From Bdellovibrionota bacterium (GTDB lineage: Bacteria; Bdellovibrionota; UBA1018; UBA923), in contig JBFMCE010000067.1 of the NCBI GenBank assembly GCA_040754655.1, positions 1-21,331 of the forward strand: a DNA stretch of 21,331 bases, given 5' to 3'. Positions 7,692 through 15,300 of the stretch are shown piece by piece. The stretch's first letter is position 1, and the number at the start of each line of letters is the position of its first letter. The notes below the pieces were generated by a model, which was not told the origin of the DNA, did not search any database, and worked only from the letters and a program-made list of their open reading frames with translations. The translations under genes and the position numbers were made by a program.

Positions 7692-9145
7692 TGAAAATGA
7701 ATAAACATCATTTAATAAAACCTATCCTTGCGATGGCCGCCGTATGGTCTGTCGCCATGCTTTCCGCCGCTTCGGTTGGGTTCGCGGACTCGGTCTGTCT
7801 GCGCGAAATTCGGGCGACGTTTGAGCCGCCGACGCGATCGCGCAGTCTTTTTGAGTGGGGCATTTCAAGTTTGCGCGCGCGCCTTAAGGCTAGGCCTGAC
7901 CGCACGCAAATCGAACTTTACCATCAGTATTATGAAGAATTCCTGGCACGCGTGGGTGCGCGCATGCAAACTCAACGGCTAGACTGGGACGCAGCCTCCG
8001 CCCAAGAAGCCGCAGCGATGACGACCGAAGTCTTGGGCCTATCCGATGAGCTTCAAAACTTGAGTGGTTTGGAAGGTGTCCTTAAGCTCGCGAAGCGAAG
8101 CAATCGCCTCGCCAAGGTTGAGATCGAGCAACACCTCTTGGCGAAACTCGTCGTGATGCGGGCGATCCAATCTGAGAGTTTTCGGGTAAATGCAATTCGT
8201 TTCATCGAAGATGGCGGGAATTTCACCTTCAGCCTCTGGGCCGCTCTTTGGCAAAAAATGCCAGGTCAGAAGCCAGGCGTATTCGTAGGTCATAGCATTC
8301 TAAGGGCGTACCGAGATACGGTGGCCGTTTCGCGAGGCAAACTCGCCTCGGCTGACGATGTAGGCCGTTTGCTGAAAGCGATTTCGGCCATGGTCTTTCG
8401 GGCTAACCACCGCGAGAAATGGGTCTCTTCCGACTTTTATGATCTTGCAGGGCGCTCTCCTGAGCTCAGTGGAGCTGAATCAAAGACTCTGGTCGAGTTT
8501 TATGAAAGCCTTCGTTTTAGGCTCGTGCATCGCGCGAGTTTCGCTGGAAAAGCCCGCTACAAAAAAGAGTATGCCCAATACCTTGAGGACGTCGCGCGTG
8601 AGACGGGCGAAGAAATCGATACTGCCCTAATGACCGAGATCTACAATTGGGGTTTGATCGAAACTATTAAAAGGCATGTCGCGCTCGCAGCCAAAATGAG
8701 ACTTCCAGCCGACAGAATACGCGCACTTGGTCGCCTCAGAAGAGGCGTGATGCGAGTCATAGAACCTTTTTATATCGCGACTGCAGCCTTTGCTTCGGTG
8801 GCTTTGAGTATGGAGGCGACTGTGCTCTATCTTGTGGGCAGTTGGTACTATGACTCTATAAAAACTCTCGAATCAGCGAAGGCCTCGATGCTAGAGGGAG
8901 CCAGCCAAATGGGGCTCTGTGAAGAGCTAAAGCCTGAAGTTCGCGCATATTATGAAAACGACCTGCGGGGGTGTCTTCAAGATCGAGATGCGCTCACAGT
9001 AAAACTTGAACGCACGCCCGAAGGGCCAGAAAAACAACGTGTTCAGGCAGATCTTGCGAAGGCTATTTTGTGTATTTCTGAAGATCGGGCTCGGCTTAAG
9101 GGATGCAGCCTGACTCCTAACTCTGCAGAAGTATTAAAAGATTAG
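7688..9145 (+). CDS. Exported/membrane hypothetical protein with Cys-containing C-terminal helical hairpin (paralog of previous gene)
   Basis: 485 aa with an ATGA overlap at 7688-7691 (alternative ATGs at 7691 and 7697). Signal peptide ...AMAAVWSVAMLSAASVGFA/DS. Hydrophobic segment FYIATAAFASVALSMEATVLYLVGSWYY, then four Cys in the tail. Confidence 0.85.
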   Translation: MMKMNKHHLIKPILAMAAVWSVAMLSAASVGFADSVCLREIRATFEPPTRSRSLFEWGISSLRARLKARPDRTQIELYHQYYEEFLARVGARMQTQRLDWDAASAQEAAAMTTEVLGLSDELQNLSGLEGVLKLAKRSNRLAKVEIEQHLLAKLVVMRAIQSESFRVNAIRFIEDGGNFTFSLWAALWQKMPGQKPGVFVGHSILRAYRDTVAVSRGKLASADDVGRLLKAISAMVFRANHREKWVSSDFYDLAGRSPELSGAESKTLVEFYESLRFRLVHRASFAGKARYKKEYAQYLEDVARETGEEIDTALMTEIYNWGLIETIKRHVALAAKMRLPADRIRALGRLRRGVMRVIEPFYIATAAFASVALSMEATVLYLVGSWYYDSIKTLESAKASMLEGASQMGLCEELKPEVRAYYENDLRGCLQDRDALTVKLERTPEGPEKQRVQADLAKAILCISEDRARLKGCSLTPNSAEVLKD

Positions 9146-9217
9146 TCTCCAAAAAAGTCTCACGGTGCGTCTGCCTTTATCCATTCAATAAAATTAATGA
9201 TTTTTGTCAAGAATCGT

Positions 9218-9246
9218 TTGACGCCTATTTTTAGCTATTGTATAAC
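9218..9246 (+). promoter_or_regulatory. Sigma70-type promoter
   Basis: TTGACG (9218-9223), 17 nt, TATAAC (9241-9246). Strong RBS AAGGAGG at 9283-9289 before ATG 9300. Confidence 0.75.
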
Positions 9247-9299
9247 GCCGCGTAAACTTTCTAATACATCGCATTAAAAGCGAAGGAGGGTATCTTAAC

Positions 9300-10271
9300 A
9301 TGTTAAATAAAATTACTTTGGTTGTTGCTGCTGCTCTTGCAGTCAACACTGCTGCCTGGGCGCAACTCTCGTCAGGCCGGGGTCGTGTGGCTGTTCCTGA
9401 AATCCGCAAGAATCAGGCTATTGAAGAAGGCAAGAAGGAAGCCGGTAAGGGCAAGGGTCCTACTACCGAGGCGCCTGCCGCTGAAAAATTAGAACGCGCT
9501 GCCAAGCAAAACATTGAAGCTGCTCAAAAAGTTACTGAAGCCGTAGAAGGCAGACCTGAAGCGCGAGTGATCGAGCTTCGTCCGACTGTGAATGAGCACA
9601 AAGGTGCTGCACTTTCTACAAAGGCCGTTGAAAACGTAGAAAAGTCTCTTGAAGGCAAAGAAACCGTGCGTTTGGAAGGTGCTGAAGTCGGCAAAGCCGC
9701 TGCTGCACGTGAAGTAAAAGAAGCGATGGGTTCTGAACCTGCAATCGAGCTTTTGAGAAGCGAAGCGTACGCCACGGAACAACCTCTTGCAGGTCTTGTT
9801 GCAAAGAAAGTGAATGAAGTTGATCCTGTGACCAACGAAAAGCCTGTGACTCCAGAAGTTGCCCGCAAAGGCTTTCTTGCATTCTTGAAGAGCAAAAACA
9901 TTTTCGCTGGCAAACACGCCATTGAACAAGGTTTCGCCGTTGAAAAGTGCTCAGACATGAGTGCTGCTGCATGGAAGACCTTGCTTGAAGGAACGACGGA
10001 AGCTGTTGCTGCAGCAGAGGCTGTGTCTTCAAAGGTTGCCGATGCTAAACTTTCGGTTGCAGAGCGCTTGGCCGAGCCATCGAAGGCATTTCGCGAAGCT
10101 TTTGAAAAGTACTTTGAACGCCAAGGCTTTGACCGTGTCCGCCAGCGTGTTTGCGAGCTCGCAGGCATCGCTTTTGGCAAGGCTGCAAAAGTGGCGTCTG
10201 AGTGCAAGATCTTGGCGCAAACCGCTCTTGGTTTGAACCAGCCGCGCGTGGCAGAAGCTTACTGCAACTAA
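9300..10271 (+). CDS. Secreted Ala/Glu/Lys-rich hypothetical protein, probably highly expressed
   Basis: 323 aa with a clear Sec signal MLNKITLVVAAALAVNTAAWA/Q, a strong RBS and frequent GCT/GAA/AAA codons. Four Cys in the C-terminal third, ending ...AEAYCN. Confidence 0.9.
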   Translation: MLNKITLVVAAALAVNTAAWAQLSSGRGRVAVPEIRKNQAIEEGKKEAGKGKGPTTEAPAAEKLERAAKQNIEAAQKVTEAVEGRPEARVIELRPTVNEHKGAALSTKAVENVEKSLEGKETVRLEGAEVGKAAAAREVKEAMGSEPAIELLRSEAYATEQPLAGLVAKKVNEVDPVTNEKPVTPEVARKGFLAFLKSKNIFAGKHAIEQGFAVEKCSDMSAAAWKTLLEGTTEAVAAAEAVSSKVADAKLSVAERLAEPSKAFREAFEKYFERQGFDRVRQRVCELAGIAFGKAAKVASECKILAQTALGLNQPRVAEAYCN

Positions 10272-10273
10272 CA

Positions 10274-10299
10274 AAAAGCGAAGAATGACCTTCGCTTTT
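10274..10299. terminator. Hairpin directly after the stop codon (terminator or mRNA-stabilising stem)
   Basis: AAAAGCGAAG-AATGAC-CTTCGCTTTT, a 10-bp stem including A/T tails. Confidence 0.65.
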
Positions 10300-10315
10300 G
10301 AATGCGATGAAAACT

Positions 10316-10360
10316 AGGCCCCTGCTGTTCTTCACCAAAGAGCTGCAGGGGCCTTTGTTT
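10316..10360 (+). terminator. Intrinsic terminator
   Basis: AGGCCCCTGC (10316-10325) pairs with GCAGGGGCCT (10345-10354), with further inner pairing, and is followed by TTGTTT. Confidence 0.75.
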
Positions 10361-10426
10361 ATCTGGGGTTTAGAAAGTGCTGTCTAAACTTTCGACAGTT
10401 TGGCAGGGATTTTGAGAGAATATTTC

Positions 10427-10455
10427 TTGATTAAAATGGTCAAAATATGTATAAC
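10427..10455 (+). promoter_or_regulatory. Sigma70-type promoter
   Basis: TTGATT (10427-10432), 17 nt, TATAAC (10450-10455). RBS AGGAGG at 10478-10483 before ATG 10490. Confidence 0.65.
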
Positions 10456-10489
10456 TCTCAAGCTCAAAAGTTTTCGTAGGAGGAATTTC

Positions 10490-12286
10490 ATGTTGTTCGT
10501 TCAACGTAGCTCTCAACACTTAGGTTTTCTGGCGGTCATGGTTGTTCTTGGTTCCCTTCCTGCGATGGCAAACCCCACTTCCACAGCAACCAAGGCTGCG
10601 GAGGTTCAAACCGCGACCAAGGCTGCTGAGGTTACGACTGCCACCAAGGCGGTTGAGGTTAAGACTGCGACAGACACCGCTCCTCCAGAAAGTGTTTCGA
10701 AACCCGTTGCCACCGCCACGAAAACGGCTACGGCTCCTCTGACGGTCACTTCTTCGGTGGGCAAGACCAAGACCACAACTTCGGCTGCCAGCAAGAAAGA
10801 TGAAAAAGCAAAACCAGCAGGTCAAAAAACTGCTGCTGATGACGAGAGCAAACATTTTGTCAGTGTTTGGTCAGTGAGTTCGCAATTTGAAAAAAATGCG
10901 GGACTTCAGCGGATCGTCGACAAAGAGCAACGCATGTACGAGGCGCGCATCGACCTTCGTGAATACATGTGCACGCGAAAAATAGATGGCTCGCCCTGCG
11001 GCAATTACGTGAGTTTTTACAAGTGGCTCCCTGGCGCGAAAGAAGGCCAGTTCATGTTTGGCCAAACCTGGCGCGATCTCGATATCTCGACCGACTTGAG
11101 AATCCAGCGCGGAGTGGTTGAGATCTGGCGAAAACAGTACGAGTCGTTGGAATCAATTGGCTTTGACGGTGAAGAGATTCGAAGCATCTATGCCTGGGGC
11201 TCCGCCGGAATCACGGGCGTGATTCTCCACAAGACGGTAGTGGCTCCGCTCGCCCGTAAGAGTTGGCCTTTTTTGATCACTCCAGCTGCGAAGGCTGGGC
11301 GGTGGATAATGAACTCGGCTGTAGGGTCAATGCTTGCAAGTAAGATTCCCTTAGCCAATAGGGTTGGGGTTATGTTTGAGAAAGTCGCAAACAGCAAGGT
11401 CGTGGTTCCTTATGTTACGGCTGGCCTTAAGAACTTTATTACCTGGCACTCGGCAGCAAAGCACCCCACGATGAGTTTTATCGTGATCACAAGCATCGAC
11501 ATCGGTGTGTTTGGGCTCATGTTTCACAACTGGTCTGCTGAGGTCATGGACAACCGGTTCTATAAGCCTGAAGAAAAAGAGCGCCTGGCGCTTTACAATT
11601 TCTTTCACAAGGTCAAGTTGTTCGCAGGCATGACTCAAGAAGAATACGCTGAATATCTTTATGGTGAAGAGGGTGCGAAAAAGCTTCTCGCAGAAAAACA
11701 AAAAGCAGAAAAACAAGGCGATTCGCAGGCCCAAAAAGAGTCTGATGTGCCCAGCGCAACAGGGGCTGGCCCGCATGGCGACTTTGACCGCACCGAGAAA
11801 GAACACCAAGAACGCGTTGCAAATTATAACAAGAGTCGCGCGAATATCCTTGGCGACTCTTCTGACGCAGGAGTTTCTGGCTCGAATGCAGACGCCGGTG
11901 CCGTAGACGCGCAGGCAATACAAGTTGTTCCAGCAAAAAACCAAACAGTGGTTGACGGCGGAATCGTTCTTGAGGCTGGCACCAAAGGCTCAACAGTGAC
12001 GCTTCAAGTAGGAAGTAGCTCAGTGGCTCTGGATACTCCTGGCCATAACTCAAAAGAAGTTGCAGAGCTTGCGGCAGCTAACGGGAATAAGCCAGTAGCT
12101 ATTTTTCAGCTGCCGACAGGTTTTCGTCTTCATTCTCTTGGCGATGACACGCGAGATAAGGGGCAGAGAAAAGACCTTAGCCCCGAAGAAGAGTCTGAAC
12201 TTCAGCTCGATGCGTTTGAAAAAGCGCTTTGGAACTACCATAACGAGTACAGCCGCGAGTACAGTGACGGAAACTTTAACTACTAG
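10490..12286 (+). CDS. Exported hypothetical protein with N-terminal Thr/Ala/Lys repeats and internal hydrophobic segments
   Basis: Start moved from 10400 to ATG 10490 because of AGGAGG 6 nt upstream and the promoter position, giving 598 aa. Signal ...FLAVMVVLGSLPAMA/N. TATKAAEV repeats, a Cys pair CTRKIDGSPC, and hydrophobic segments IYAWGSAGITGVIL and MSFIVITSIDIGVFGLMF. Confidence 0.88.
   Translation: MLFVQRSSQHLGFLAVMVVLGSLPAMANPTSTATKAAEVQTATKAAEVTTATKAVEVKTATDTAPPESVSKPVATATKTATAPLTVTSSVGKTKTTTSAASKKDEKAKPAGQKTAADDESKHFVSVWSVSSQFEKNAGLQRIVDKEQRMYEARIDLREYMCTRKIDGSPCGNYVSFYKWLPGAKEGQFMFGQTWRDLDISTDLRIQRGVVEIWRKQYESLESIGFDGEEIRSIYAWGSAGITGVILHKTVVAPLARKSWPFLITPAAKAGRWIMNSAVGSMLASKIPLANRVGVMFEKVANSKVVVPYVTAGLKNFITWHSAAKHPTMSFIVITSIDIGVFGLMFHNWSAEVMDNRFYKPEEKERLALYNFFHKVKLFAGMTQEEYAEYLYGEEGAKKLLAEKQKAEKQGDSQAQKESDVPSATGAGPHGDFDRTEKEHQERVANYNKSRANILGDSSDAGVSGSNADAGAVDAQAIQVVPAKNQTVVDGGIVLEAGTKGSTVTLQVGSSSVALDTPGHNSKEVAELAAANGNKPVAIFQLPTGFRLHSLGDDTRDKGQRKDLSPEEESELQLDAFEKALWNYHNEYSREYSDGNFNY
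10583..10672 (+). repeat. 27-bp (9-aa) tandem repeat, 3 copies plus a partial copy
   Basis: TATKAAEVQ / TATKAAEVT / TATKAVEVK / TAT. DNA core ACCAAGGC...GAGGTT at 27-nt period. Confidence 0.9.
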
Positions 12287-12328
12287 ACAGGCTTTTTCAG
12301 CAAGAAACCTTCCTTTGAGGTGGTGGGC

Positions 12329-15300
12329 GTGAAAATAAGAACTGCACGGCTCAAAAAATTGAAACAATCTCTTGGTTGGATGGCTCTGAGCCTTGCGCTG
12401 GTTCTTTCTTCAAGCCATGAGGTTCGTGCCCTAGAGACTCAGGCAAGACCTTTGCTTGACGTAGCTGTCAAAAGCAGCGTCGCTGCTCGTGAAAAGGTCG
12501 TAGATTTTCGGGCAAAACTCGAGATTTTTCAAAACAAGAATGCCGAAGTGAGTTTGGCGACTCTGCGCATGGCTGCGCAAGATGCGCTTGCGGCGATGCT
12601 CAAATACCGCTCAGACCTTGAAAGCGCTGGCAATGCTATTCAGCCTGACGACGATAGTTTTCCGACCTTGTACAATTTCGTTCAGTTTTATTACGGGTTC
12701 ATGGATCCGTTTTATGTGGCTGCACCCACGCGGTTTGGCCCTGATCTTGGCGTTTACCTTGAGAGCCTGCCAGAGATTTTGGCTTTTGATGCCCGTAATT
12801 CTGCGCTGGCTAGTGCGATCTTGAAGTTTCAGTCGCAAGAAGCCGTTTCTAGGCGCAGAGACGGCGCAGAGGGTTCAGCAGACCCGGTTGAGTCGGCCGA
12901 AGACGCCAATGCTCTAAGGCCTCATGATGTGCGTTTCGAAGTGATGGTCACTTCCGGCGGGGCGTCTCGTTTGATGTTGAATCCGCGCGAATTGAGGCTT
13001 TTGGCCAATAAGGCGCTCATGGCGTTTCCTGACGAAGAGCTTGCCTTAAAGCGCCTTACCGTAAAGGCGTTCGAACTTCTATTCAGTGAGCAAGCCACGA
13101 TGGAGTCTTATCTCTACTCGGATGAGAAAGACGACTCTGTTTTGCAAAGCAGGATGAGTCCTTGGCTTTTTTCATTGCAACAAGACCTGAGAAGCTTCAA
13201 GAAAGAGAGCGCGTATCGGGGCTTTTTCAAGCAAACCGCGTTAAAACCGGTGCTGGATGCAGTGGAAGCGCGAGTTAGAAACCCTGATTTCCAAGAACGC
13301 TTTTACAAATTCATCGGCGACCTTTGGAACGCTTATTTCGATCAGATCATAAGTCGCCCTATTTTCGGGAAAGCGGGTAGCAAGTCAGAACAGACTCCTC
13401 TTTTGACCCCGGAAAAACTTGTAGGTGCGTTTGTTGAATATGAAAAAACTTTTCGAACAAGCGCAAATCCCTTTGATAATCTTTTCTGGATCAGCTTCGG
13501 GCTCAATAATGATTATTTGACCAGGCTGAGGCCAGCGCAAGTATCTTCTTTCATCGTTGAGAACGTCAGAGTGGCGGAGATCGATATCCTCAGAAGCTTC
13601 ATCCAAAAGTACATGCTCGATCTTTCTCGCGACTGCAAAGAGAACTGCCTCTTGCCTGAGCAAGAAGATGAGATCAACAACCGCATCGTGGGCTTCGTGA
13701 ACTCTGTTTTCAATGAGAAGTCGATTCCCGATACGGTGGTGCACGAGTTCAACCGGCACTTGACCGACTTTGATACCGTAGTTTCCTTTAGAAGGTACAA
13801 ACTAGCAGATATTTTCATTCGCGCTGTGCGCTGGTTTCAAGACGCCGAAAGAAAACTCCAGCTCTCGGAGGGCTTGAGAGAAATTCCTTTGAAGGGAGTG
13901 GTAGGCAACGGTGGCCAGAAGGTGCAGCTCATCGATGCCTCTCCAGATCCGGCTCTGGTCATGCTTGCGCTTGAAGAAGAACCGAAGCCAAGTGCGCACA
14001 TGCCGATGCCTCCGACTGAAGACTCTAAGGCTCTTGCGCCTGTCGCGGTTCCGCCTTTGGTCGTGCAAATGGTTCAGCACCGCGTTTCTTTGATCAAAGA
14101 AGCCACCGCCAATTGCTCTGCATTGGATCAACTGGTGATGATGAACCCTGAGCTTCAGCCGCAGCAAGCCAGAGCCTACGCGGGGCTCAATCAATCGATG
14201 CAAGACAGCGTACAGTTGATTACTGGCGCGCCAAAAGGAGTTGAAGAACTTGTGGCTTCTGCGCGTGCGATGGCGCAGGCCGATGGCGGCGTGATCGGAT
14301 ATCTACGTGACCTTGATTCGCGGATGGCCGTAAATCAGGCCTTTCGCTGGAATGCCTTTTCTCTTCGCATTGAAAAAATGCATGAACGGGCGAATAGCGA
14401 GAAGGAAACAAGAGAGCGTCGGGTTCCCCGAGACGCTCGTTTGGTGCTCAAAAACTACAAGCTTGCTGCCAAGGTCTTGAGAGATGCGGGCCTTTCAAAT
14501 CTTGAAGAGAAGCTTGAAAATGCCTTTCGAGCTCTTCTCGCTGATGAGCCTTCCGGAGCGGAGCCTCTTCTTGAAGAGCTCGAGAAGATAAAGAAGTACG
14601 TTGAAAAGCGCGACGATTTCTTGATCGCGATGCTTGTGCCTGATGAAAAGCGCGACGCCTACTTGCGTAGACTTCTTTCTAAGAATCCGGCCGTCTACCG
14701 CCGTTACATCAGCAACAATATGCACGTGCTGAAGAACCAGCTTCCGGGCTTGTTCATGACGATCGACTTGCCAAACGATGTTAAAAGAGAAACCGGCAAC
14801 CCTAAACCCGTGAGGTTTTTCGATTTGATCGCGCGCGTGATTGGTGATGCGTGCGACGAAACCAAATCAACAAATGCGCACTGTGAAAACCCAGGGGCTC
14901 TGAAATCGGCCTTAGGCGGCACGAAGTCGCGCATGGCTTGGGCGATGCAAGACCTTGAAAAACAAGTGCGTGGCAGCGATCCGTTCTACGATGGTGAAAA
15001 ACCCATTGAGGCGCTGAATATCCAAGAAGACGCGCGGTTTCAGCGAAGCAACCTCTATGCATTCAACCCTAAGACAGTAGTGTCGGGCGGAGTAGCGGGC
15101 ACATCAGGAACGCCCGGGCCTCACATGGGATTCATACTGGGCTTTCTTCAGGGTAGCGTACCCAAGAACCAGGCTCCCTCTGAAGATGGTTTTTGGCCAC
15201 AAGCGTTCAAGTACCGTGACATCTATCCAGCCATCGCCGATACGAAAGCCGATGATGAGCTCAAGCTCAAGCGCATTACCGTAGCCTCGCTCATCGGACC

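Noticed and set aside
9489..10338. Several long minus-strand ORFs over the 9300 gene
   Set aside because: Expected shadows of a strongly codon-biased gene, with no RBS or protein-like composition.
10401..10415. Sigma54-like TGGCAG-N5-TTGA
   Set aside because: Lacks the invariant GC at -12, and a better sigma70 promoter lies just downstream.
10400..10489. N-terminal extension given by the ORF track for the 628-aa ORF
   Set aside because: It overlaps the promoter and RBS, and ATG 10490 gives a normal signal peptide.
10583..10672. 27-bp repeats as a possible CRISPR array
   Set aside because: Head-to-tail, in-frame, no spacers, and differences are mostly synonymous, so this is a coding repeat.
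12307..12321. ACCT-N7-AGGT mini-hairpin with anti-SD-like ACCTTCCTT over the RBS of gene 12329
   Set aside because: Only a 4-bp stem, too weak to claim translational control.
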